A DNA stretch of 64,000 nt. Origin: an uncultured Myxococcales bacterium. GTDB lineage: Bacteria; Myxococcota; UBA4151. Shown piece after piece: positions 1 to 8,978 of this stretch; within the stretch, counting starts at the first letter, position 1, and each line of letters opens with the position of its first letter. A program made the position numbers and the translations under genes. The DNA is taken from contig CAXGWI010000006.1 in assembly GCA_964013405.1 (NCBI GenBank), positions 9,266 to 73,265 of the forward strand, read 5' to 3'. Below the pieces are notes generated by a model. It did not search any database. It was not told the DNA's origin and saw only the letters and a list, made by a program, of their open reading frames with translations.

Positions 1-104
1 AAGATGGCGATAAGTTCGCCGTAAGGGCCCAACCCACTGGCTTTGTCCGCAGCGAATGCGTCGGTGGCAGCAAGAAGGGTGGCGATGAAGAGCGCTGGTC
101 GCAT
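1..104 (-). CDS. 5' end of a gene for an exported or membrane protein (partial, runs off the window)
   Basis: Not in the ORF track. The reverse strand reads ATG at 104: MRPALFIATLLAATDAFAADKASGLGPYGELIAI..., open to the window edge. GGAG RBS upstream, signal-peptide-like N-terminus with AFA-A site. Divergent from gspC. Confidence 0.6.
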   Translation of the reverse strand, partial: MRPALFIATLLAATDAFAADKASGLGPYGELIAI

Positions 105-161
105 GGCTGCAACTCCAATTGATCGCGGCTGCGTTGACATACCCCTGAAAGGAGGTCGACT

Positions 162-195
162 GTCAATATGGCAGCCTCATGCCTGCCATTGTGAC
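162..195. promoter_or_regulatory. Imperfect inverted repeat, candidate enhancer-binding-protein site (UAS)
   Basis: GTCAATATGGCAG (162-174) and CTGCCATTGTGAC (183-195) are reverse complements at 11/13 positions. They lie 53-86 nt upstream of a sigma54 motif, with an AT-rich tract (about 218-246) in between. Confidence 0.45.
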
Positions 196-247
196 CTTTG
201 ACGCATGACATCACAGCTTATCTTATTGTTTTTATGTCTTATTTTTC

Positions 248-263
248 TGGCACGAGCCCTGCA
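248..263 (+). promoter_or_regulatory. sigma54 (RpoN) -24/-12 promoter of the T2SS operon
   Basis: TGGCACG-AGCC-CTGCA against consensus TGGCACG-N4-TTGCW; GG and GC are correctly spaced; 27 nt upstream of gspC, which has an AGGAGG RBS. Confidence 0.7.
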
Positions 264-290
264 GTCTAAGCCAGGTAGGAGGAGGCTATC

Positions 291-1244
291 TTGGATCGTT
301 TGGCCCGCTTCAAGCCCTTAGGACCCTTTCTAGGCCTGGCCTTGATCGCCTATTTGTCGGCTGGGATCGTCACCACCTTCATCGCGGATTCTCGGATGCC
401 CGTCCCCGGCATCCCGGAAGCCTCCAAATCGAAGAAGCGTAAACGACGCAGCAACCGGGGCAATCTGACCGCGCACATCGCCGAACGCAATCTCGCCGGC
501 ACCAAACGAAGTGAGCAGCCAGTTGCAGCCGCAGCCCCCACCGAAGCCGTCGACGATGGCGACTTGGTCAAGTCCAGCATCAACGGCCATGTCATCGCGG
601 TCGTTCGCTTCGAAAATAAGGCATGGAGCGTGGCCCAGATCGAAAACGGGCTGCAGCGCAAAAGCTACATCGGCTACATCGGCGATCGCATGTGGCCCAA
701 TGACAACGCCGGTGCAGACCTGTTCGAGATCCTCGATATCGAAGCCGAGCGGGTCATCATCCGTGAGCTCAGCAACAACAAGCGCTCTTACCTTGAGCGC
801 AAAGAGCAAAAGGGTGGCCCCTCGGCGAGTCCCAGCACGGGTAAAGGAAGTAAGTCTTCCGGCAAATCCGGCAAACGCAGCGAGGTCACCAAAGAGATCG
901 TCAAAGGCATCAAATCCTCAGGCAATAATCGCTGGGAGGTGGAGCAGAAATCCATCGACACCGTGCTCAACAACCTCAGTGTCCTGAGCCAAGATGCCCG
1001 GGTGGTGCCCGATTTCTCCGGCGGCAAACAGCGGGGCTTCAAGCTCTTCTCCATCAAACCCGGTAGCGTATATTCGAAAATTGGTGTCCGCAACGGCGAC
1101 ATCCTGACCAGCGTCAACGGCTACGGTCTCGACAGTCCCGATAAGATTCTCGAGGTCTACGGCAAGCTCAAAGACAGCAGCCAGATCACCGTCGATATCC
1201 TTCGGCGCGGCAAACCCCTCTCCCTTGAGTACAGCATTCGCTAG
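291..1244 (+). CDS. gspC: Type II secretion protein C (TM, HR and PDZ domains)
   Basis: N-terminal TM helix, C-terminal PDZ-like segment (GFKLFSIKPGSVYSKIGVRNGDILTSVNG), first gene before gspD; TTG start with strong RBS. Confidence 0.9.
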   Translation: MDRLARFKPLGPFLGLALIAYLSAGIVTTFIADSRMPVPGIPEASKSKKRKRRSNRGNLTAHIAERNLAGTKRSEQPVAAAAPTEAVDDGDLVKSSINGHVIAVVRFENKAWSVAQIENGLQRKSYIGYIGDRMWPNDNAGADLFEILDIEAERVIIRELSNNKRSYLERKEQKGGPSASPSTGKGSKSSGKSGKRSEVTKEIVKGIKSSGNNRWEVEQKSIDTVLNNLSVLSQDARVVPDFSGGKQRGFKLFSIKPGSVYSKIGVRNGDILTSVNGYGLDSPDKILEVYGKLKDSSQITVDILRRGKPLSLEYSIR

Positions 1245-1276
1245 CGGGCAGCTGGCGTGATTAGAAAGGACCGACC

Positions 1277-3688
1277 ATGAACGGTCTCAAACCCCTTCTC
1301 GTGATGCTGGCCCTGTCCAGCCCTCTCGTGCTCAGCACAACGGCTCAGGCCCAGTCGTCGAAGCGCAAAGGCAGCCGAGGCAAACCGGTCGACTGCTTTA
1401 AAGAGCAGACCTACAAGTTGCCGAAGCTGCTGCAGCTGATGAGTGAGCTCACCCGCAAAAACTTCATCCTCAACGAGAAGTTAAAAAACAAAGAGGTCAC
1501 CATCTACTGCGAGCGCTCCGTCTCGGTAAACGAGATGTATCGAGTGTTTATCAGCGCCCTCGCCATCCATAAACTCACCATCGTTCGGGTGGGCAAGTTC
1601 TACCGCGTCACGGCCATGAAGGACGCGAAAGGCGCGCCAAGCCCCACCTACTTGGGCAGCACCGAAGGTATGCCCTACGACGAGCGACTCGTGACCCTCA
1701 TCCATAAGCTCAAGCACATGGATGCCAGTGTGATCCAGAAGGTCATCAAGTCCATGGTCGGCAAGAACGGAAAACTAGAAGTCCTCCCCCCCCGCTTAAT
1801 CGTTCTCTCCGACAATGCCCTGAACATTCGTCGCTTGCTGAAAGTCATCGAGCATCTCGACACCGAAGGTGGATCCCAACGAATCCACTTCTATGAAGCC
1901 CGCTATGCGGAGGCTCAAAGCCTTGCCGCCAAGCTCAAGGAGGTCTTCGAGGTCGAGGGAAAGAACAAGTCGAAGAAGAAGAGCGGCAGTAAGAAGAAGG
2001 CAAAGGGTGGTGAGACGAGTCCAGACGAAGTGGTTCTCGACCGTGTGGTGGCCGATGAGCGCACCAACCAGTTGATCATCGTGGCCCCCGAAGCCGCCTT
2101 CAAGCGGGCTAAGGACCTTCTCGACAAACTGGATGTACCCACCCCTGATGATGAAGGGGCCATCCACGTCATTCGTCTCGAAAACGCGACCGCAAAGGAT
2201 CTGGCGGGCACCCTTTCTGGCCTCATCACCGGTGTGACCTCCAATCGGAAATCCAAAAGTAAGAAGAAGAGTTCCAGTGGGGGTCGAGCAACCTCCGACC
2301 CGGAAGGCTTGTTTCAAGGGGACGTTAAAGTCAGCGCCGACGAACCGACCAACTCACTGGTGGTGGTGGCCAGCCGCAACGACCTACGGGTCTTAAAAAA
2401 CATTGTGGAGAAGCTGGACTACCGGCGCCCACAAGTCTTCGTTGAAGCAGCCTTCTTAGAGCTCACCATCAATGACAACAGCCAGATCGGGGCCGGCATG
2501 CACACGGGGGTCACCACCCAGGGCACGGACTGGGAAGATGGCGACTTCGAGTTTCTCAAAGATGGCGGCGGTGTCGTCAATATGAACACGGGACTCAATT
2601 CGCTGACCAGCGGCTTGGGTCAAATCGCGAGCCAGGGCCTGGTCGGCACCTTCCAAGGCATGCCCATCCCGGGACTGGATGCCATTCTGCCCGACAACAT
2701 GACCCTGCCGACCTTCGGTATCGTCCTCCAAGCCCTGCAGGGCAATGGGGCCGTCGATGTACTCTCCACGCCCCACCTGCTGACGACGGACAACGAAGAA
2801 GCGGAAATCGTCGTCGGTGAGAATGTCCCCTTTGCTTCCGGTCTCTCCGGCGGGCTCGGCGGCCTGTCCAACCTGCTCGGTGGCGCGGCGAACAGTGGTA
2901 CGGCTTCGGCAGCCTCATCGGCCCTCTCCGGCCTGGGTGGCTTGGGCATTCCCAGCGTCAGCATTCAGCGCCAAGATGTGGCCCTCAAGTTTAAGCTGAC
3001 GCCCCATATCACCAACACGGGCCATGTCCGCATGGAGTTGGAGGTGGAAATCAGCGAACTGGGCGAGATCGAGCCCACCACCCGAAGCCCCAGGACCACC
3101 CAACGCAAACTGAAAACCACCGTGCTCGCCATGGATAACCAGACCATCGTCATCGGCGGACTCATCAGCGACAAACAGACGGAATCGGAAAACCGAATTC
3201 CCATTCTGTCCCGCATCCCCCTCTTGGGTCATCTGTTCAAAAACCGCGAAACGAAAACGGCGAAGACCAATCTACTGATGGTGCTGACCCCCCACGTGGT
3301 TCGAGACCAACAGGACTTCGCTCGGATCCACCGGGAAAAGATGCAGGAGCGCAAAGCCTTGGCCAGTCTCGCGAAGAGGCGCCACAGTTCCCTTCCCCCC
3401 AGCGTAAACTGGCGGCGTAAGATCGGCGCATTTGCTCGCATTGAACGGGTGCTCCAAGACCAAGAGTCCCGGATCGAAAACGGTGGCAAGGGTGACGGTT
3501 CAGACGCTGTGATCACACCAGAGAAGGCCGCGGAAGAGAAGCCTGCAGTCGAAGGGGAATCAGAAGAAGAATCGAGCCCCAAAGAGGGTGAGGCTCCCGA
3601 TGCCGCCAAGGCCGATGAGCCCAGCAAGGACGGGGAAGCCCCCAAAGGCACAGAAGATCAGAAGCCGGCTGACAAGGGAGCCAAGTAA
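1277..3688 (+). CDS. gspD: Type II secretion secretin D
   Basis: N-domains (ADERTNQLII, ADEPTNSLVV) and secretin motifs (RPQVFVEA, LSTPHLLTTDNEEAEIVVGENVP, IPILSRIPLLGHLF, LLMVLTPHVV). Confidence 0.97.
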   Translation: MNGLKPLLVMLALSSPLVLSTTAQAQSSKRKGSRGKPVDCFKEQTYKLPKLLQLMSELTRKNFILNEKLKNKEVTIYCERSVSVNEMYRVFISALAIHKLTIVRVGKFYRVTAMKDAKGAPSPTYLGSTEGMPYDERLVTLIHKLKHMDASVIQKVIKSMVGKNGKLEVLPPRLIVLSDNALNIRRLLKVIEHLDTEGGSQRIHFYEARYAEAQSLAAKLKEVFEVEGKNKSKKKSGSKKKAKGGETSPDEVVLDRVVADERTNQLIIVAPEAAFKRAKDLLDKLDVPTPDDEGAIHVIRLENATAKDLAGTLSGLITGVTSNRKSKSKKKSSSGGRATSDPEGLFQGDVKVSADEPTNSLVVVASRNDLRVLKNIVEKLDYRRPQVFVEAAFLELTINDNSQIGAGMHTGVTTQGTDWEDGDFEFLKDGGGVVNMNTGLNSLTSGLGQIASQGLVGTFQGMPIPGLDAILPDNMTLPTFGIVLQALQGNGAVDVLSTPHLLTTDNEEAEIVVGENVPFASGLSGGLGGLSNLLGGAANSGTASAASSALSGLGGLGIPSVSIQRQDVALKFKLTPHITNTGHVRMELEVEISELGEIEPTTRSPRTTQRKLKTTVLAMDNQTIVIGGLISDKQTESENRIPILSRIPLLGHLFKNRETKTAKTNLLMVLTPHVVRDQQDFARIHREKMQERKALASLAKRRHSSLPPSVNWRRKIGAFARIERVLQDQESRIENGGKGDGSDAVITPEKAAEEKPAVEGESEEESSPKEGEAPDAAKADEPSKDGEAPKGTEDQKPADKGAK

Positions 3689-5388
3689 TGCGGCTCGGAG
3701 GCTTACTTCAGGAGCACTTCGGGCTCAGCGCCCAAGGCCTAGAAGAAGCGCTTCTCGAGCAAGAGGAGCGCGGCGGTCTTCTCGGTGAGATTCTCTTGGC
3801 TCAAGAAGCCATCAACGACGAGCAATTGGGTCAGGCCCTCGCCCTCCAGGCCGAATGCCCCTGGATTGACGATATCCAGGCCGAAGCGATCCCAGACCAA
3901 CTCCTCGATCGGGTCCCCATCGCTTTTGCCCGTAGTCACCGAGTGCTTCCGATTACGGAGACCGATAGTGGGCGCGTGCTCGTGGCCATTACCGACCCGT
4001 ACAACCTGTCGGTGATGGGCGATTTGCGGATGATGCTAAAGGCGCGGGTCGATCTGGCGGTCACCAGCGAAGAGCAGCTGCTGACCGCACTCAACACCGC
4101 CTATGACCGGGCCACCCGATTGGCTGAAGACGCGGCCGAGGGCCTTGAAGAGACCCACGGCGATGACGAAGCCGAGTTGGATATCCAGGACATCCTCGAT
4201 TCCGACGACGAAGCGCCCATCATTCGGTTTGTGAACTCAATTTTAAGCCAAGCCATCCGGGAACGGGCCAGTGATATTCACCTCGAGCCCTTTGAACGAG
4301 AGCTCTCCGTTCGCTTCCGAGTCGACGGTGTTTTGCGCAGCGTCGTCAACCCACCCAAGGCAGCTCAAAACTCGATCATCAGCCGAATCAAGGTGATGGC
4401 GGGCCTCAACATCGCCGAAAAACGGCTACCGCAAGACGGCCGGATTCGCCTCAAACGAGCCGGCCGTGACATCGATATCCGTGTCAGCACGGTCCCCACC
4501 AACTACGGCGAGCGGGTCGTCCTGCGTTTGCTGGATCGCAGTTCGGTCCTCAAGCCCCTCGACAGCCTGGGCTTTGACAAAAACATCCTCAGCCAAGTGG
4601 ACCGACTGATTCGCCGCAGTCACGGTATTATCTTGGTCACTGGACCCACGGGCTCTGGTAAAACCACCACGCTCTACGGCGGCCTGGCCACCATCAACTC
4701 CCCCGACCTCAACATCCTCACCATCGAGGACCCCGTTGAGTACCAGCTGCCCGGCGTGGGCCAAGTGCCGGTGAACACGAAGATCGACCTGACCTTCGCC
4801 AACGGCTTGCGGGCCTTTCTGCGCCAGGATCCGGACGTGATCATGGTGGGTGAAATCCGCGACCTCGAGACCGCGGAGATCGCAATTCAGGCTTCCCTCA
4901 CCGGTCACTTGGTCCTCTCGACCATCCACACCAATGACGCTTCATCGGCTGTGACACGGCTGGTGGACATGGGGGTTGAACCCTTCCTTGTCGCCTCCTC
5001 TCTGGCCGGGATTCTCGCCCAACGCCTGGTGCGCACCCTCTGCCCGGACTGCCGCTTCGAACGGCCCATCACCGAAGGCGAACTCGCCGAGTTGGGGCTC
5101 AGCTCCAAAGAGGCCGGTCGGATGATCAGCGAAGGCAAGGGCTGCGCCAGTTGTCAGGAGACCGGTTATCTCGGTCGAACGGGAATCTACGAGTTGCTCA
5201 TGGTCAGCGATGAGGTCCGGGACCTTGTCCTGTCCAACGCCGATGCCTCAAAGATCAAAGCGGCTGCCCGGCGCCACGGCATGACTACGCTTCGGGAAGA
5301 TGGCGCCGCAAAGGTCCTCGCCGGCATGACCAGTGTGGCTGAGGTCTGCCGTGTCACAACCGAGGAGGCGGTCCTCGACCTGAACTAA
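3688..5388 (+). CDS. gspE: Type II secretion ATPase E
   Basis: Walker A GPTGSGKTT, TIEDPVE, LRQDPDVIMVGEIRD, His boxes TGHLVLSTIHTN, CxxC...CxxC zinc motif. Confidence 0.98.
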   Translation: MRLGGLLQEHFGLSAQGLEEALLEQEERGGLLGEILLAQEAINDEQLGQALALQAECPWIDDIQAEAIPDQLLDRVPIAFARSHRVLPITETDSGRVLVAITDPYNLSVMGDLRMMLKARVDLAVTSEEQLLTALNTAYDRATRLAEDAAEGLEETHGDDEAELDIQDILDSDDEAPIIRFVNSILSQAIRERASDIHLEPFERELSVRFRVDGVLRSVVNPPKAAQNSIISRIKVMAGLNIAEKRLPQDGRIRLKRAGRDIDIRVSTVPTNYGERVVLRLLDRSSVLKPLDSLGFDKNILSQVDRLIRRSHGIILVTGPTGSGKTTTLYGGLATINSPDLNILTIEDPVEYQLPGVGQVPVNTKIDLTFANGLRAFLRQDPDVIMVGEIRDLETAEIAIQASLTGHLVLSTIHTNDASSAVTRLVDMGVEPFLVASSLAGILAQRLVRTLCPDCRFERPITEGELAELGLSSKEAGRMISEGKGCASCQETGYLGRTGIYELLMVSDEVRDLVLSNADASKIKAAARRHGMTTLREDGAAKVLAGMTSVAEVCRVTTEEAVLDLN

Positions 5389-5390
5389 AG

Positions 5391-6611
5391 ATGCCCCTCT
5401 TCGAATACAAAGGCTTCGACGCCAAAGGAAAGACCGTCAAAGGGGTTCGAGACGCGGACTCCGTGAAGGCTTTGCGAGCGCAAATGCGTCGCGAAGGGGT
5501 CATGCTCGCCAGCGTCGACGAAGCGAAAGCCCAGAATGAGAGCGAGGTCGAAGTTCGCTTGGGCAGCGGTCGTATCGACGTCCGAGAGTTGGCCGTGGTG
5601 ACCCGCCAGTTCGCGGTCCTCCTGCGCAGTGGTATTCCCCTGGTTCCAGCCCTGACGGCCTTAGCGGAGCAGGTCGATAACCCCCGGCTGGCCCGAATGC
5701 TCGGGGATGTAAAAACCCGGGTGAACGAAGGGGCCAGTTTGGGCGATGCTTTGGCGAACCACCCCAAGGCCTTCAACACCATTTACGTCAACATGGTCCG
5801 GGCCGGTGAAAGTTCGGGCGCTTTAGACGTGGTCCTGGAGCGCCTCGCCGACTTCACGGAAAATCAGGCGGCCCTCAAAGGCAAAGTCATCGGCGCCCTG
5901 ATCTATCCCCTGGTGATGATCATCGCCGGCGGGGCCATCATGATCGGCCTCTTCATCTTCGTCATCCCGCGCATCTCAAAAATCTTCGAACACGCCGATG
6001 CCCAGTTGCCTTTGCTTACACGTATTTTGATGGGGCTGAGCGAGTTGCTGAGCAACCCCATCCTCGATGGCATTCTGGCGCTGATTGCGGTGGCCGCGCT
6101 GATCCTCCTGCGCCAGTACATCAAAACCGAGGGCGGCCGCCTGCGCTGGGATGCCTTCAAACTGCGCTTTCCCAAGATGGGCGAGATTCACCGCATGATC
6201 GCCATCGCCCGCTTCTCACGAACCTTGGCCACCCTGCTGTCCAGCGGTGTGAACCTGCTGCAGGCCTGTAAAATCGCCCGCAATGTGATGAACAACGAGG
6301 TCTTAGCCCGAGTGGTGGATGAAGCGGCCGTGGCGGTCAGCGAGGGACAAAGCCTCGCTGCACCGCTGAAGAAGAGTGGGGAGTTCCCCCCCATCGTCTA
6401 TCACATGGTGGCCATCGGCGAGCAGACCGGCCAGTTGGAGGAGATGCTCGCCAACGTGGCACGAGGTTATGAACAAGAGGTCGAAGTGAAGGTCAGTACC
6501 CTCACCAGCCTCCTCGAGCCCTTTCTCATCCTGTTTATGGGCGGCGTCATCTTTACGGTGGTGATGGCCGTCCTCACGCCCATTCTGCAAATGAACCAGT
6601 TCATCAAGTAA
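5391..6611 (+). CDS. gspF: Type II secretion inner-membrane platform protein F
   Basis: MPLFEYKG start, MVRAGESSGALD, GEQTGQLEEML, LLEP motifs; three TM segments. Confidence 0.97.
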   Translation: MPLFEYKGFDAKGKTVKGVRDADSVKALRAQMRREGVMLASVDEAKAQNESEVEVRLGSGRIDVRELAVVTRQFAVLLRSGIPLVPALTALAEQVDNPRLARMLGDVKTRVNEGASLGDALANHPKAFNTIYVNMVRAGESSGALDVVLERLADFTENQAALKGKVIGALIYPLVMIIAGGAIMIGLFIFVIPRISKIFEHADAQLPLLTRILMGLSELLSNPILDGILALIAVAALILLRQYIKTEGGRLRWDAFKLRFPKMGEIHRMIAIARFSRTLATLLSSGVNLLQACKIARNVMNNEVLARVVDEAAVAVSEGQSLAAPLKKSGEFPPIVYHMVAIGEQTGQLEEMLANVARGYEQEVEVKVSTLTSLLEPFLILFMGGVIFTVVMAVLTPILQMNQFIK

Positions 6612-6622
6612 GCGAGGTCGAT

Positions 6623-7045
6623 ATGACGAGTACAGACTGCCAAGAACGCCAGCATCGCCGCCGAGGCATGACCCTGATCGAAATCATGGTTGTGGTGGCG
6701 ATTCTGGGCCTCCTAGCCACGGCGATCACCATGGGTGTGATGGGCCAACTCGACGATGCCAAGGTGCAAACAGCCCGCCTTAAAGCCAATGAGATCGCCA
6801 AAGCCATGGACCTCTATAAGATCCGCAACAACGGCTATCCGAGCACGGGTGAGGGGATCAACGCGTTGGTGAATCCGCCCAAGGGCCAAGCCCTGTTCGA
6901 TGAATTGCCGGTGGATCCTTGGGACAACCCCTACAACTACGCCAATCCGGGCACCCATAACAGTCGCCGCTTCGACGTTTGGTCCAACGGACCGGACGGC
7001 GAAACAGGGACGGCCGACGACGTGGGCAACTGGAAGGAAGAGTAA
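6623..7045 (+). CDS. gspG: Major pseudopilin G
   Basis: Prepilin site RRG|MTLIEIMVVV with Glu+5; YPSTGEG, DPWDNPYNY, SNGPDG...DDVGNW signatures. Confidence 0.96.
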   Translation: MTSTDCQERQHRRRGMTLIEIMVVVAILGLLATAITMGVMGQLDDAKVQTARLKANEIAKAMDLYKIRNNGYPSTGEGINALVNPPKGQALFDELPVDPWDNPYNYANPGTHNSRRFDVWSNGPDGETGTADDVGNWKEE

Positions 7046-7051
7046 GTCGAG

Positions 7052-7702
7052 ATGGGTCAACGCCCCGGCTTCACCCTCATCGAACTCACCGTCGCCATCG
7101 CGGTGGTGGGCCTGGTCGTGGCGGCCTTTGCCACCGGCCTGCGAGGACTCGATGACGCCAAAAGCCGAGAGGCGGCCGGACAGGTGGCCGCAGCCATCCA
7201 AACGGCCTTTGACCAGGCAGCTCTCTCCGGCGCTGTCCACCGACTCTCCTTTGAAGCGGGCCAGCCCATGCTGCGCCTGGACCAAGCGGAGGGGTCCTTC
7301 AGCCTCCCAGCCGTGCCTCTTGAAGTCGACAGCCAAGGCAAAGCGAAAGAAGCGGAGAAGGCGGAAAATGAAGAAGAGGGCTATTTGAAGGCCCTCCACG
7401 AAACGGCCCGGCAGGAGCTGGAGCGTTTACGGGCCGGGCCCAGTTGGTCCCCCTTTGATGGGGAGTTGGGCGAAGGGGTCGAATTCAAGGCGCCGGTCAA
7501 GATCCTCGCCTTCTGGACCGACGACTACGAGGGCATGGTGAAGAATGGCGAGGGGGCCCTTTACTTCTTTCCCCGGGGTGAAACACAGGACGCCATCTTC
7601 TGGATCGGCGAGACCGAAGAAGACGCCATCTCCGTGCGCGTGGACGGTCTCGCTGCCCGCATTCAGACTCGCTTCGAGTTGATCAAGCCGGAGGATCCAT
7701 GA
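7052..7702 (+). CDS. gspH: Minor pseudopilin H
   Basis: PG|FTLIELTV N-methylation motif, FFPRGE C-terminal motif, position after gspG. Confidence 0.85.
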   Translation: MGQRPGFTLIELTVAIAVVGLVVAAFATGLRGLDDAKSREAAGQVAAAIQTAFDQAALSGAVHRLSFEAGQPMLRLDQAEGSFSLPAVPLEVDSQGKAKEAEKAENEEEGYLKALHETARQELERLRAGPSWSPFDGELGEGVEFKAPVKILAFWTDDYEGMVKNGEGALYFFPRGETQDAIFWIGETEEDAISVRVDGLAARIQTRFELIKPEDP

Positions 7703-8307
7703 TCCACCGGCGAGCCTTTTCACTCATCGAAGTGGTGGTGGCCCTGGGGATCCTGGGCTTTATGCTCACCGCACTGTTTAGCCTGCAGGCCACCGCCGCC
7801 CGGAGCGTGACCTACAGCCGCAACGTGCAGATGGCGGCACTGCTCGCAAAAGACAAAATGCTCGAGTTGGAGTGGATGCTCCGCAAGGACGGCTTTCGCT
7901 TGGGGGAGGCCGTCCTGTCCGGTGACTTTAGCGATGCGGAAGCCCCAGAAATCCAGTGGTCGGCCGAGATTCGCAAAGTCGAACCCGAGGCCCTGATGAA
8001 TCAGGCCGGAGACCTTGGTGGGGTCCACCCCCTCGCGGCCCAGGCCTTCCCGATCTTCGGTCATCTGGGGAAGATGCTCAGCGAACAACTACGGGAAATC
8101 CGGCTCACCGTGCGCTGGAAAGAGGGGCGCTACGAAGAGGAATTTGAGGTCGTCACCCACGTGGTCCATCTCGGTCGACCCCGGGCGGTGACCCCAACGG
8201 GCCCAGGCCTGCCGGCGACCGGAACGCCTCCCACGATTGGATCGACGGGATCGAGCCCTGCGACAAGGGGTTCCCAAAGCGGCAATAAGGGAAGCGGTAA
8301 GCCATGA
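7699..8307 (+). CDS. gspI: Minor pseudopilin I
   Basis: RRA|FSLIEVVVAL (Ala rather than Gly at -1), LREIRLTVRW motif, operon order. Confidence 0.85.
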   Translation: MIHRRAFSLIEVVVALGILGFMLTALFSLQATAARSVTYSRNVQMAALLAKDKMLELEWMLRKDGFRLGEAVLSGDFSDAEAPEIQWSAEIRKVEPEALMNQAGDLGGVHPLAAQAFPIFGHLGKMLSEQLREIRLTVRWKEGRYEEEFEVVTHVVHLGRPRAVTPTGPGLPATGTPPTIGSTGSSPATRGSQSGNKGSGKP

Positions 8308-8978
8308 AGCGCCGTGGCTTTACCCTGATCGAGGTGGTGGTCGCGTTAGCGATTGTCAGCGTCATCGGACTGGCCCTCTACGGTACCGTAGAGCGAAGCT
8401 TCTCGATGCGTGAAGAGATCTCGGCCCATAGTGAGCGCTACCGACAGGCTTATGTCGCGCTGGAGCGCATGAGCCGTGAGTTGGCCCAAGCTTTTGTCAG
8501 CAACCATGTGAACAAGGCCGACGTCAGCACCCAGACCGGCTTCTACGGCGAGGAGGACGAACTGCTGTTCACTTCGTTCTCAAACACGGTGCTGCGCAAG
8601 GACGCCTACGCCGGCGACCAGGAAACCATTCGCTACCGGCTCGGCCCCGACCCGACCGGCAAAGACGGCACCTGCTTGATGCGCTGGTCCGCAGCTCGGG
8701 TCCTCGAGGACATCGAAGAAGACGACGAAGGCCGGGAGCGAGTCCTCATCTGCGGCGTGAACCGCATGGAACTCAAATACCATGCTGAACGGGAAGATGA
8801 TTGGAGCGATTCGTGGCGGACCGAGGACATCGCCCACAAGGATGTGGATGATGGCGAGGTCCGAGCCCGGCTACCCGATCGGGTTCGAATGAGCCTGTGG
8901 GTCGAGATGCCCGATGGTTCCAGGCGGCTCTTTCGCACGGCGACCACCCTACGATTAACCAAGGCGTTGAACTTCTGA
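8304..8978 (+). CDS. gspJ: Minor pseudopilin J
   Basis: RRG|FTLIEVVVAL, W..W and LPDRVRMSL C-terminal motifs, operon order. Confidence 0.87.
   Translation: MKRRGFTLIEVVVALAIVSVIGLALYGTVERSFSMREEISAHSERYRQAYVALERMSRELAQAFVSNHVNKADVSTQTGFYGEEDELLFTSFSNTVLRKDAYAGDQETIRYRLGPDPTGKDGTCLMRWSAARVLEDIEEDDEGRERVLICGVNRMELKYHAEREDDWSDSWRTEDIAHKDVDDGEVRARLPDRVRMSLWVEMPDGSRRLFRTATTLRLTKALNF

Noticed and set aside
8897..8977. Longer ORF-track starts for gspK, and likewise for ugd, purF, mutase, tal, S26 peptidase and mreB
   Set aside because: The extensions overlap neighbouring genes or precede the family-typical N-terminus; downstream starts have RBS or stop-start coupling.
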